Shown: one piece after another, positions 1 through 9,384 of the stretch | Position numbering within the stretch: position 1 is the stretch's first letter | How the letters are laid out: each line of letters opens with the position of its first letter | Assembly (NCBI GenBank): GCA_964202905.1 | Contig: CAXNJO010000010.1 | Span: 64,001 to 128,000, forward strand | DNA length: 64,000 bases | Reading direction: 5' to 3' | Origin: Polyangiales bacterium | GTDB lineage: Bacteria > Myxococcota_A > Polyangia > Polyangiales > JADJQN01 | Notes under the pieces: generated by a model | What the model was told of the DNA's origin: nothing | Databases searched by the model: none | The model's input: only the letters and a program-made list of their open reading frames with translations | Translations under genes and position numbers: made by a program

Positions 1-122
1 ACGGTGACGTGGCGCTCGCGGAGCAACGCGGCGACCCGCGCCGAACGCCGCTCGCGCACGTAGATCTGAAACGCGGACTTCTTGTAGATGACGAGGACGC
101 GCGGGCCGGTGCGGCGCGTCAC
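1..122 (-). CDS. N-terminal fragment of a gene running off the left edge, probably NAD(+)/NADH kinase
   Basis: GTG at 122-120 overlaps the NUDIX stop (GTGA). Translates VTRRTGPRVLVIYKKSAFQIYVRERRSARVAALL, which resembles myxobacterial NAD kinase N-termini from memory. Only 40 codons are visible. Confidence 0.45.
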   Translation of the reverse strand, partial: MTRRTGPRVLVIYKKSAFQIYVRERRSARVAALLRERHVT

Positions 123-811
123 GGCGTCACGCTCCGCTCGGCGAGGCGGCGCAGCGCGACCTCGGTCTTGACGTCCGCGACGCGCCCGTCGCGCACGGCC
201 GCGAGCGCGGCGGCGAGCGGGACGAAACACACGACCGCGTCGGCCTCGACCGGCGAGCCGTCCTCGGTGGGCGTGCCGGCCGCGCCCGGATCGACGTGCG
301 CGACGAGGAAGTGGACCTTCTCGGCGAGCACGCCCGGGCTGAGCACCACCGCGGGGCCGAGCGCACTGAATGACGATTCAGCGACGTCGAGGCCCGTCTC
401 TTCGAGCGTCTCGCGCGCCGCGCAGGCGCGGAGCCCCGCTTCGCCCCGCTCCTCGGGCTCGACGAGCCCCGCGGGCACCTCCCACACGACGGCGTGGGGC
501 GACGGCTCCGCGAGCGGGAGCGCGTACCCCGGCCGAAACGCGAGCGGGGGTCGCAGCGCGCTGCGCAGGCACACGCGCGGCGCCTCGCCCGGGCCCCCCG
601 GCGCGACGAGCACGATCGCGACGGCGTCCATCGCGTCGCGCTCGACGAGGTCGTAGCGGTAGGGGCGGCTGAGCGCGCCGTCGGGGCGCCGATTCTGCAG
701 CGTCACGCGGCGCAGGCGGAGAAACCCCTCGTCCCCGCGCAGCGACCCGGAGTGATCCGCGAGCACGTCGACGTCGATGCGCGGGAGATCGGGGAGGGAA
801 TCATCAGACAT
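119..811 (-). CDS. NUDIX hydrolase (ADP-ribose pyrophosphatase-like)
   Basis: Nudix box WEVPAGLVE...ACAARETLEETG and C-terminal VADVKTEVAL. Start taken at MSDDSLP (ATG 811). Confidence 0.9.
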   Translation of the reverse strand: MSDDSLPDLPRIDVDVLADHSGSLRGDEGFLRLRRVTLQNRRPDGALSRPYRYDLVERDAMDAVAIVLVAPGGPGEAPRVCLRSALRPPLAFRPGYALPLAEPSPHAVVWEVPAGLVEPEERGEAGLRACAARETLEETGLDVAESSFSALGPAVVLSPGVLAEKVHFLVAHVDPGAAGTPTEDGSPVEADAVVCFVPLAAALAAVRDGRVADVKTEVALRRLAERSVTP

Positions 812-821
812 GGTGTCGGTC

Positions 822-1655
822 TCAGCCCGCGGGGGGCGCGGGGACGTCGGAATCGGGCGCGGCGGGAGACGGCGAAGGCGCGTTGGGAGGGGGCGCGCCG
901 GGCGCGTCCGACTCGGGCGCAGCAGAGCTCGGCGCGGTCGGCGCGGTCGGCACCGCAGGGACGAGCGACGCGGGCACGGGCGCAGCCAGGCGTGGCGCGC
1001 CCGGCGCGTCCGACTCGGGGGCAGCGGGCTCCTGCGGCGGAGGCTCGTCCGGCGGGGGCTCGTCCGACGGCGTGGCGTCCCAGACGAGCGCGAGGCCCGG
1101 CGCGACGTACGACTCGACGCCGCGCTCGCCCGGCCGGAGCTCCGCGCGCTGGAACCAGACGTCGACGCCGAGCCCGAGGCGCGCGCGTCCGCCGAGCGGC
1201 AGCGCGAGCCACGCGCCGAGCGCGGCGAAGAGATCCGCGTCGAGGCCCGCATCGGTCGCGCCCGCCCAGGCGCCGAGGCGCCCGCGCAGGTCGAGGCCGA
1301 CCCCGCCACCGAGGGGCAGAAGCAGGCTCACGCTCGCGGCGAGGGGCATGTAGACGCGCGAGCGCACGCCGTCCGCGCTCGAGACGGCCGCGACGCCGAG
1401 CGCGCCGCCGACCCGCAGGAGGCCGACCTCGTGGAAGAGGTCCACGATCGCCCCGGCGCCGTAATCCGCGCGCTCCGCGCCGCTCGTCGCGCTGCGGCCG
1501 TCGGGCGCGCTGCGCTCGTCGCCGACCAGCGCCACCGCGCTCACCGCGCCCGCAGGCCGCGCCTGCGCCGCGGCGGTACGAAGGGGCGGCGCACCGAGGA
1601 GGCCGAGGAGCGCGGCGGCGGCGAGCGCGGGACGGTTCCGGAGGCGGCTCGCCAT
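822..1655 (-). CDS. Secreted or outer-membrane hypothetical protein with Pro-rich tail
   Basis: Signal peptide (AAAALLGLLG...AAQA), alternating beta-strand-like segments, duplicated APESDAPGAP in the tail. Confidence 0.65.
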   Translation of the reverse strand: MASRLRNRPALAAAALLGLLGAPPLRTAAAQARPAGAVSAVALVGDERSAPDGRSATSGAERADYGAGAIVDLFHEVGLLRVGGALGVAAVSSADGVRSRVYMPLAASVSLLLPLGGGVGLDLRGRLGAWAGATDAGLDADLFAALGAWLALPLGGRARLGLGVDVWFQRAELRPGERGVESYVAPGLALVWDATPSDEPPPDEPPPQEPAAPESDAPGAPRLAAPVPASLVPAVPTAPTAPSSAAPESDAPGAPPPNAPSPSPAAPDSDVPAPPAG

Positions 1656-1763
1656 GCGTCGCCGTGGTGTACGCGCGCGGGACACGCGGGGTCAAGGACC
1701 GCGGCAGCGCGGAGGGCGCGGCGCGCCTGCGAATAAGCACGTGGGCGCGGCGTCTCACGCGGC

Positions 1764-3128
1764 ATGACGCCCCGCTGCGCGCACGCCCCGCTCGCCCTGC
1801 TGGTCGGCCTCGCCGCCGCGCTGTGTTCGACCCGCGCGCACGCGCAGGCCGCGGCCCCCGTCGAGGCCGCGGAGTCCGCGCGGCTCTCGACGCTCTCCGG
1901 CGCCGACCGCGCCGCGCTCGCCCCGCTGCTCGCGCGCGGCCCCGTCGCGCTCGTCGAGTTCACCGAAGGCGACGCGCTCCCCGCGATCCTGCTCGCCGCG
2001 GAGGTCGACGCGCCCGCGGCCACGCTCGCCGCGGTCGTCGGGGATCCGGCGGGCTATCCGCGCTTCATGGGCGTGCTCGACTCGGTCGCGGTCACCGGAC
2101 GGCACGGCGGCTCGCTCTCCTACGACTGGACGTGGCGGACCGCGATCTTCGAGCTGCGCGGCTCGAACGTGATGACCCGCGCCGAGCCGCCGCCCGGGCA
2201 CCCCGAGCGTGGCTGGCGCTTCGGCATCCGCGCGACGGGTGGCGATCTCGGCACGGGGCGCTTCCTCTGGAGCGTCCTGCCCGTCGACGACACGCACAGC
2301 CTCGTGACCCTCGCGACGCGCCTCGACCTGCGCGACGCGAACTACCTCGCGCGGCAGATGTCGCAGGCGAGCAAGAGCGTGAACCGCTCGATCAACCTCT
2401 CGCTCGGCTTCGTGATGCTGCTCGGCGCGCGGCACGAGGCGCAGCGCCTCGCCGGTCACGCGCCCACGCGCGCGCACCGACCCGGCGACGCCCTGCCCGC
2501 GAGCGGGGTCGACCTCGATCGGCTCGCGCCGCTGCTCGCGCGCGGCGACCTCGTCGCGCTCACGCTCGACGGCGACGCCCTCGACCACGTCACCGCGATC
2601 GCGCGGACGGGCACGGCGCGCGACGTCGTCACCCCCGTCGTGACCGACCCGCGCGCGTTCGGCAGCGCGCTGATGCCCGGCAGCCAGGCGAGCGTGGTCG
2701 GCGTCGACGAGCCCGGAGATTGCGCGCCCGGCGCCGCAGACGCGCGCTGCGCCGCCCGCGGGACGCTCTTCGACTGGTCGATCGACATCCCGATCATCGG
2801 CACGCAGGGGCGCATGCGACTCACGCCCGCGGACGACGCCGGCGACGTCGTCGAGGTCGCCGGCGTGAGCGGCGCGCTGCACACGGGCCGCTGGCGGATC
2901 GAGACGCGGACGCAGCCGTGGGGCGAGGCCGTGGTCACCGCGGTCGGCCGCTTTGATCCGGGCGACACGACCTGGCTGCTCCGCGGCGTGGTGCGGAGCA
3001 GCGCGGACTTCGGCGCGGGGCTCGCCGCGGCCTCGGAGCTCATGCTCGTCCGCGCGATCCGCGCCCGCGCGATCGACGCGCAAGAGGCCCGGATCGCGGC
3101 CGCGAGCGCCGCCGTGATCGCGCAGTGA
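1764..3128 (+). CDS. Secreted tandem SRPBCC/START-like domain protein
   Basis: Signal peptide ending AHA. Two related halves (LAPLLARG..V..; DPAGYPRFM / DPRAFGSALMP; GDLGTGRFLW / GALHTGRW). Confidence 0.65.
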   Translation: MTPRCAHAPLALLVGLAAALCSTRAHAQAAAPVEAAESARLSTLSGADRAALAPLLARGPVALVEFTEGDALPAILLAAEVDAPAATLAAVVGDPAGYPRFMGVLDSVAVTGRHGGSLSYDWTWRTAIFELRGSNVMTRAEPPPGHPERGWRFGIRATGGDLGTGRFLWSVLPVDDTHSLVTLATRLDLRDANYLARQMSQASKSVNRSINLSLGFVMLLGARHEAQRLAGHAPTRAHRPGDALPASGVDLDRLAPLLARGDLVALTLDGDALDHVTAIARTGTARDVVTPVVTDPRAFGSALMPGSQASVVGVDEPGDCAPGAADARCAARGTLFDWSIDIPIIGTQGRMRLTPADDAGDVVEVAGVSGALHTGRWRIETRTQPWGEAVVTAVGRFDPGDTTWLLRGVVRSSADFGAGLAAASELMLVRAIRARAIDAQEARIAAASAAVIAQ

Positions 3129-3318
3129 GCGGCGCGCGGGGCGGCGCGCTGAATGGCCATTCATCGCGCGCGCGTCGAGCGGCACGCGGCGGGTCGTGTT
3201 CGTCGGCGCGGACGCGACGAGCGAACCGCACGCTCGTGGCCCCGGACGCGCGCTCGTCAGGGTCGCAGGCTGCGCGGCGCAGTCAGGGCGCGCGGCGCAG
3301 TCAGGGCGCGCGCCTCCG

Positions 3319-4365
3319 TCAGAACGTGAGGTGCGCCGAGACGCCGCCGCCGCTCGGCCCGACGACCGGGGCGATGCGGAGGCGCGCCGTCGTCGCTGCG
3401 GCCTCGCCGGCCGACGCGTCCTCGTCCTCCTCGTCGCCGGAGGCGAGCTGGAGCACGAGCGCGGTCACGAGCCCCGCGATGGCCACGCCGAAGCCCACGT
3501 CCGCGAAGAGCGCCAAGCGCTCGCCGCGGTCCGCGATCGCCTCGCTCGGCGCGGCGTCGAAGTCGCTCTGCTCCGAGAGCGCGAGGAAGCCGAGCACGGT
3601 GCCGGCGACGAGCCCGCCCGCGCCGACACCCGCCGCGATCCACACGCCCGCGCCCGGCCCCTCGGACTCCGCCTCCTCCGCCGCGGGCGGCGCGACGGGC
3701 TCCGGCTCAGCGGGCGTCTCCTCCACCGGCGGCGCCGCCGGACGAGCCGTGAGCGCGGGCACCGCGAGCTCCTGCCGCGCGCCGAAGCCGACGGTCACGG
3801 TCTGCGACGCGGGCTCGTAGCCTTCGAGGGAGAGCACGATCGTGTGCTCCCCCGGGGCGGCGTCGACGTCGGCGGGCGTCACACGCCCGGTGTCCGTCCC
3901 GTCGAGGCGGATCGCGGCGCCGGCGGGCTCGCTGCTCACGGCGACGACGCCCGGGCGCGTGCGCAGCTGGTCGATGCGGGCCTGCACCGCGGCGCGGTCC
4001 GGCGCGTCGGCGCGCAGCGAGAGGTAGCGCTCGAGCGTCGCGACGGTGTCGACGATGCGCCCGAGGCGCTCCTGGGACTCGGCGATGCTGATGAGCACGA
4101 CGGGGTTCGGCACGCTCGCGAACGCGGCCTCGAAGCGGGCGAGCGACTCGGCAAACTTGCCCTCGCGGAACAGCGTCTGCCCTTCGCCGTAGGCTGCGCG
4201 GGCGGCCGTCGTCTGCTCGGCCGTGGGGCCCGCAGGCGCCGCCGTGCGACCACCACGGCGTTGCGCCTCCGCGCGCGACGCGCCCAGCAGCGCCGACGCG
4301 GCGAACATGGCCGCAACCACCCAAACCATCCCGCGAGACCCCGAGCTGCGAAGCACGCCGTTCAT
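3319..4365 (-). CDS. TPR + PEGA domain protein
   Basis: TPR-like helices (AYGEGQTLFREGKF...PNPVVLISIAESQERLG), PEGA motif VSSEPAGAAIRLDG...PGEHTIVLSLEGYE, C-terminal hydrophobic hairpin. Confidence 0.85.
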   Translation of the reverse strand: MNGVLRSSGSRGMVWVVAAMFAASALLGASRAEAQRRGGRTAAPAGPTAEQTTAARAAYGEGQTLFREGKFAESLARFEAAFASVPNPVVLISIAESQERLGRIVDTVATLERYLSLRADAPDRAAVQARIDQLRTRPGVVAVSSEPAGAAIRLDGTDTGRVTPADVDAAPGEHTIVLSLEGYEPASQTVTVGFGARQELAVPALTARPAAPPVEETPAEPEPVAPPAAEEAESEGPGAGVWIAAGVGAGGLVAGTVLGFLALSEQSDFDAAPSEAIADRGERLALFADVGFGVAIAGLVTALVLQLASGDEEDEDASAGEAAATTARLRIAPVVGPSGGGVSAHLTF

Positions 4366-4436
4366 GCGCAGGACCGTACGCGCGCCGCCCGAGGTCCGTC
4401 AACGGGCGCGCACACGAACACGCCCCGGGATATCGC

Positions 4437-6428
4437 TCAACGCGCGGTGGACGTGCCCGCGAAATGGGCGGCGAGGAACCCCTCGACGCGATCGAGCGGG
4501 CCACGGAGCGCGACCGCGAGCGGCTCGAGGCGGAGCATCTCGGCGTCGAGGCGCTGCACGTGATCGGCGAGTTCCCGCTCGATGCGCTCGTCGTGCGCCT
4601 CGAGTTCGACGCGCAGCTGACCCAAGTTCTGCTGGAGTTCGTCGCAGCGCGCGCCCTCGGCGCGGAGGACCTCGTCGACCGCGGCGACCTCCCACAGCAA
4701 CGCGTCCGTCGCGCCGGGACCGCTCGCCGGCGCGGGGCCCGTGGTCGTGCCAGGCCCGCTCGAGGCGGGGCTAGTCGAGGCGGAACCAGTCGCGGCGGGG
4801 CCAGTCGCGGCGGGGCCAGTCGAGGCGGAACCAGTCGAGGCGGAACCAGTCGCGGCGGCGAGCGAGCCGCGGAGGGCCTCACGCCGCGTGCCGAGGCGCT
4901 CGAGCTCGCCGCGCCGCTCGCTCAGCCGCCGCCCGAGGTCGTCGATGCGGCCGCCCCGCTCCGCGCGGAAGACGCGCGCCTGGTCCGCGAGTTCCTCGAC
5001 GTCGCGTTGGCGGGACTCGGCGAGGTGTCCCCCCTCCTCGAGCGCCTCGAGCGTGCGCGCGGCGAGGGCCATCGCCTGCGCGACGACAGGGGGGGCGGGG
5101 CGCTCCGCCTCGACGTCGTCGAGCGCGGCGCGGAGCGCGTCGAAGCGCTGCCGCCAGCGGCGGAAGCCGAGGAGTCCATCGGTCGCGCGCATGGGAAGCG
5201 GCGCGTCGGCCGCGTCCGCCGGGGGCGCGGCGCCCAGCCAGCCCCCGCCTGCGAGGGGCACGCTCGGCGTGTCGAGGCCGTCGAGCGCGGGCGGCACGGG
5301 GATGGTGTGCCGGTTGTAGTCGCGCGCGGCGAGGCGCACCGCGCCCGGCGGGGTCGCGGTGCCCTGCGCGCCGGTGTCGAGCGTCGCGTCGGCCGCGTCT
5401 CCCGGGAAGGCGTGGCCGTCGGGCGCGGTCTCCGCATGGAGCGCGTCGCGCCGTGCCGAGGTCGGTACGCCCGAGGACGGGTCCTGCTCCGCGGCCTCGA
5501 GCCTGAGCCGGGCGCGCGTCGCGCCGAGCTCCGCGAGGAAATGGAAGGCGTCGCGGAAGCGCTCCTGGGGGCTCTTCCGGAGACAGCGCAGCACGAGATC
5601 CTCGACGGCGGACTCGACGCGCGGGAGGCGCTCTCGGGGCGGGATCGGCGCCTCGGTGACGTGCTTGACGAGCAGATCGCCGGGGTATTGGTAGTCGAAC
5701 GGGAGCGCGCCCGTGACCATCTCGTAGAGGATGACGCCGAGGGAGTAGAGGTCCGCACGCCCGTCGATGTGGGTCGACTGGATGTACTCCGGCGCGATGT
5801 AGCCCGGCGTGCCGAAGATCTGCTGCGACCCCGTGAGCGAGGGGGCGTCCATGATCTTCGCGATGCCGAAATCGAGCAGTTTCACGAAGTCCGCGCGGCC
5901 GCGCTTCTGGAGCAGCAGGATGTTCTCGGGCTTGAGGTCCCGGTGCACGATCCCCATCTGGTGGGCCCGGGCGAGCGCGCCCGCGATCTGCTCGGCGATG
6001 TCGAGCGCGCGGGCCGCCGGAAACGGACCGGTGCCCATCGACTTGAGGAGCGTGTCGCCGGGGACGTACTCCATCACGAGATAGACCATGCCGTCGTCGG
6101 ACTCGCCGAAGTCGGTGATCTCCACGATGTTCTCGTGGTTGATGCGGTTGACCGCGCGCGCTTCGCGCACGAAGCGATCGCGCTGCACCGGGTCGAGCGC
6201 GAGGTCGCGCCGGAGCGTCTTGATCGCCATGAGGCGGTCGATCGTCACGTGCCGCGCGAGGTAGACGCTCGACATGCCGCCCGCGCCCAGGCGCGAGATG
6301 AGCCGATAACGGCCGCCCACGGTGCGGCCGATGAGCGGGTCGAGGACCTCGCGCGCCTCGGCGCCGTCCCTCGGACACCGCTCGACGTCGTCCGGGTACA
6401 GCTCAGAACAGCGCGGACAGACCTTCAT
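4437..6428 (-). CDS. Ser/Thr protein kinase with N-terminal Zn-ribbon and C-terminal coiled coil
   Basis: LGAGGMSSVY, AIK, HRDLKPEN, DFG, GTPGYIAPE. N-terminal CPRC...CPRDG. No TM segment. Start MKVCPRC (ATG 6428). Confidence 0.95.
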   Translation of the reverse strand: MKVCPRCSELYPDDVERCPRDGAEAREVLDPLIGRTVGGRYRLISRLGAGGMSSVYLARHVTIDRLMAIKTLRRDLALDPVQRDRFVREARAVNRINHENIVEITDFGESDDGMVYLVMEYVPGDTLLKSMGTGPFPAARALDIAEQIAGALARAHQMGIVHRDLKPENILLLQKRGRADFVKLLDFGIAKIMDAPSLTGSQQIFGTPGYIAPEYIQSTHIDGRADLYSLGVILYEMVTGALPFDYQYPGDLLVKHVTEAPIPPRERLPRVESAVEDLVLRCLRKSPQERFRDAFHFLAELGATRARLRLEAAEQDPSSGVPTSARRDALHAETAPDGHAFPGDAADATLDTGAQGTATPPGAVRLAARDYNRHTIPVPPALDGLDTPSVPLAGGGWLGAAPPADAADAPLPMRATDGLLGFRRWRQRFDALRAALDDVEAERPAPPVVAQAMALAARTLEALEEGGHLAESRQRDVEELADQARVFRAERGGRIDDLGRRLSERRGELERLGTRREALRGSLAAATGSASTGSASTGPAATGPAATGSASTSPASSGPGTTTGPAPASGPGATDALLWEVAAVDEVLRAEGARCDELQQNLGQLRVELEAHDERIERELADHVQRLDAEMLRLEPLAVALRGPLDRVEGFLAAHFAGTSTAR
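4766..4856. repeat. 15-bp tandem repeat (TGSAS/TGPAA units) inside the kinase gene
   Basis: cggaaccagtcgcgg / cggggccagtcgcgg / cggaaccagtcgagg units, about 6 copies. Confidence 0.8.
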
Positions 6429-6501
6429 CGGGGTCGAGAGATTAGCCCCCCGCAGCCCGCACAGGAAGCACAACCCGCGCGACGACGCGATCCGCGCGCG
6501 C

Positions 6502-6957
6502 TCAGGCGCCGGCGTCGCCGGCGTCAGGCTCCGACGACGCATCGACGTCACCCGGGGGGCCGGCGTCCTCGCCGAGATCGGGCGCCGCGCCGAGGTCGAT
6601 CGCGCCCGCGTCCGGCGCCGCGGCGTCCTCGCCGAGATCGACGGAAATCGAGAGGTCGCTCGGATCGCCCGCGTCCTCCGGGCCCACGCCCTGATCGCCA
6701 GGGCCCGCGTCCGAGACGCCGAGGTCGCGCGGCCCGGCATCGACCGCGAGGCAGCTGACGGCGCACACGCCGCGATCGGTGAGGCTCGCGCTGCCCTTGC
6801 AGCAGAGGAGACCGGTCTCGCAGTCGCTGTCGAGCTGGCAGACGGCGCCCGCGGCGCCCTCGCACGAGGCGAGGCCGAGCAGGGCGAGGGCGGCGAGCGC
6901 CCACGCGTGGAAGGCCGGGAGGGAGCGCGGGCGGGGCATCGAGGAGTTCCGGGTCAT
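6502..6957 (-). CDS. Small Cys-rich lipoprotein with DAG/DLG low-complexity tail
   Basis: Lipobox LASC and CQLDSDCETGLLCC...C...C. ATGA overlap with the upstream stop (6954-6957). Confidence 0.7.
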   Translation of the reverse strand: MTRNSSMPRPRSLPAFHAWALAALALLGLASCEGAAGAVCQLDSDCETGLLCCKGSASLTDRGVCAVSCLAVDAGPRDLGVSDAGPGDQGVGPEDAGDPSDLSISVDLGEDAAAPDAGAIDLGAAPDLGEDAGPPGDVDASSEPDAGDAGA

Positions 6958-7871
6958 CGGGCGGGCGGACGATAGCCCCGGCTCCCGGGCGTGTCGATCC
7001 GCGCGCCGTCGCGCAGGTCGTATGCGCAACGGAAGCCGATGTCGGCCTCGCGCACCCCCTCGGGCGCGGCCGCGCGTGCGGCGCCACGGAGCGCGAACGG
7101 CAGCGTGCGGTACGAGCCGCCCCGCACCACGCGCAGGGCCCCGCCCTCCGGCCCGCGGGGATCGACGCCCGGAGAGCGCGCGTAGTAGTCGGGGGCGAAC
7201 CAGTCGGCGACCCACTCGGCCGCGTTGCCGGCGAGGTCGAGCACGCCCTCGTCGCTCGCGCCGTCCGGGTACGCGCCGACCGGCGCGAGCAGCGCGTACA
7301 CGTCGCCCGACACGCGCGCGGCCGACGCGAGGCGCCCGACGTTCGCGAGGCGCGCATCCCACCCGTCGCCCCACGGGAACGCGCGGCGTGACGCCCGACC
7401 GCGCGCGGCGCGCTCCCACTCGGCCTCGGTGGGCAGGCGTCCCCCGACGAACGCGCAGTACGTGCGCGCCTCGGCGTGCGACACGCCGACGACCGGGAGC
7501 GCCGCGCCAGCGAGCCGCGGGTCGCCGTCCCCGAAGCGCGAGGGCACGCACGCGCCCGCGGCGACGCAGCGCACGTACGCGGCCTGCGTCACCTCCACGC
7601 GGTCGAGGCCGAACGCCGCGACGCGCACCCGGTGCGCGGGCTGCTCCGCGGCGAAGAGCCCGTCCACGCAGCGCGCCGCGGCGCCCTGCCCGCCGAGCGT
7701 GCGCCGGCAGAGCCGCACGGCGTCGTCGACCTCGTCCGTCGTGCTGCCCATCCAGCGCTCGCCCGCGCCGATCCGCACGATCGCGGCGCGTCGGACGATG
7801 CGCGGTGTCGTCCCCGCCGCGAGGAGCGGACCGAGCACGAGCGCGAGCAGGACGACACGGAGACGGGACAC
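6954..7871 (-). CDS. Formylglycine-generating enzyme (SUMF1/EgtB/PvdO) family protein
   Basis: RLPTEAEWERAARG, DLAGNAAEWVADW, RVVRGGSY, DIGFRCA. Confidence 0.92.
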   Translation of the reverse strand: MSRLRVVLLALVLGPLLAAGTTPRIVRRAAIVRIGAGERWMGSTTDEVDDAVRLCRRTLGGQGAAARCVDGLFAAEQPAHRVRVAAFGLDRVEVTQAAYVRCVAAGACVPSRFGDGDPRLAGAALPVVGVSHAEARTYCAFVGGRLPTEAEWERAARGRASRRAFPWGDGWDARLANVGRLASAARVSGDVYALLAPVGAYPDGASDEGVLDLAGNAAEWVADWFAPDYYARSPGVDPRGPEGGALRVVRGGSYRTLPFALRGAARAAAPEGVREADIGFRCAYDLRDGARIDTPGSRGYRPPAR

Positions 7872-7975
7872 GCAGCGCCGAGCCTAGCAACGCGCGCGAC
7901 CGCGCACGCGGCCGCCGCGGTGCCACGCCGCGTCGATGCTGCACGGACCGGACGCGTCGAGGCGCTCAGGGGCGC

Positions 7976-8746
7976 TCAGCGGCGCACGTGGTGCCGCGCG
8001 AGCCACAGCCCCGCGCCGAGCGCGACGCACACGCCGAGCCCCTGCGACGTCGAGACGCCGTGCGCGACGCCGCGCACGACATCGCCGCGCAGCGGCTCGA
8101 GCCCGACGCGCAACACACCGTACAGCAGCGCGTAGCGCGCCAGCGCGTCCCCCGCGCGCGCCGGCTCGCGACCGCGCGCTCCCCACGCCGCGACGGCCGC
8201 GGCGACGAGCAACAGCGCGCCAGCCTCGTAGAGCGGCCATGCGTGGCGCGGCACCGCCGGATGCGCCCCGGGCGCGCGCGGGTCGGTGTAGGTGATCGCG
8301 AGCGGGCCGTCCCACGGCGCGCCAAAGCAACACCCGCCGAGCAGGCAGCCCACCCGCCCGATCGCGTGGCCGAGCGGCAGCGCGGGGGCCGCGCAGTCGG
8401 CGAGGGTCGTCACCGGCAGCCCGAGCGCGCGCGCCGCGAGCGCGAGCGACACGCCCCCGCCCAGCAGTCCGCCGAGGAAGACGCGCCCGCCGCGCTCGAC
8501 GGCGACGAGCCAGTCCCCCGAGCGGAACACCTCGACCGCGACGAAGAGCAGCCACGCCCCTGCGAGCGCGCCTGCGACGCCGAGCGCGAGCGCGGCCGTC
8601 ACCCGCCCGACATCGAGCCCCGCGCGCACCGCGCGCCGCACGAAGACCGCACCGCCGACGAGCAGCGCGAGCGCGAGGAGCACGCCGTACGCGCCGACCG
8701 GGCGCACGCCGCCGGGCACCGGAACCTCGAACAAGATCGGGTGCAC
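7976..8746 (-). CDS. lgt: Prolipoprotein diacylglyceryl transferase family protein
   Basis: VHPILF start (GTG 8746), YGVLLA, GG.VF.GG, D..APAL.LGHAIGRVGC..GCCFG, H..PLYE. Confidence 0.8.
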   Translation of the reverse strand: MHPILFEVPVPGGVRPVGAYGVLLALALLVGGAVFVRRAVRAGLDVGRVTAALALGVAGALAGAWLLFVAVEVFRSGDWLVAVERGGRVFLGGLLGGGVSLALAARALGLPVTTLADCAAPALPLGHAIGRVGCLLGGCCFGAPWDGPLAITYTDPRAPGAHPAVPRHAWPLYEAGALLLVAAAVAAWGARGREPARAGDALARYALLYGVLRVGLEPLRGDVVRGVAHGVSTSQGLGVCVALGAGLWLARHHVRR

Positions 8747-8747
8747 G

Positions 8748-9311
8748 TCAGCGCGGCGCGGACGGGGGCGCAGGCGCGGGGGGCGCGATCGGCGGGGGCG
8801 GGAACGCGGGCGGCGGCGGCCCCCCCGTCGGCCCATCCGCGGCAGGCGGCGCAGCGGCAGGCGGCGCATCGGGGCTGGGCGGTGCGTCCGGCGCAGGCGG
8901 CGCAGCGGGGAGCGGCGGCAGGAGACCGACGCCGCCGTCGCCGCGCACGAGCCAGGGCGGCGGCCGCCCGCTGCCGACGCTCCAGGAGACCCCGCCGTCG
9001 CCGCGGTGCCGTGGGCCCGCGACCATGCCCGCCGTGCAGAGCGCGTTGCAGAGCCCGCACGTGAGGGCGAACACCAACCCCAGCAAGAAGGCGACGATCG
9101 AGGTGATCAGGCCCGCGAGGCCCGCGCCGCCCGTCCCGCCCTCCTGCTTCGAGCGCGACATCGCGAGGCCGCCGAGCACGGCGCCGGCGAGCGCGACGAC
9201 GGGCGCACCGAACGAGAGCACGCTCCCGACGCCGGGCAGCCACGTCAGCACGATGCCGCCGAACATCATCAGCAGCGCGAGCACCCCGAGCACGATCGAG
9301 CCGACGCCCAT
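8748..9311 (-). CDS. Membrane protein (DUF4190-like) with Pro-rich tail
   Basis: Three hydrophobic helices, G.AGLITSIV pattern, TCGLCNALC, Pro-rich C-terminus. Confidence 0.65.
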   Translation of the reverse strand: MGVGSIVLGVLALLMMFGGIVLTWLPGVGSVLSFGAPVVALAGAVLGGLAMSRSKQEGGTGGAGLAGLITSIVAFLLGLVFALTCGLCNALCTAGMVAGPRHRGDGGVSWSVGSGRPPPWLVRGDGGVGLLPPLPAAPPAPDAPPSPDAPPAAAPPAADGPTGGPPPPAFPPPPIAPPAPAPPSAPR

Positions 9312-9384
9312 CGGCCGCAGCGTCCCACCCGCGCCGAGCGCGTCAAGAGGCGCGGTCCGCCGCGCCTGCTACGCTCGCGCCCCC

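Noticed and set aside
3258..3312. 18-bp tandem GCGCGGCGCAGTCAGGGC between convergent genes
   Set aside because: Only two full copies and none noticed elsewhere; too little to call a REP element.
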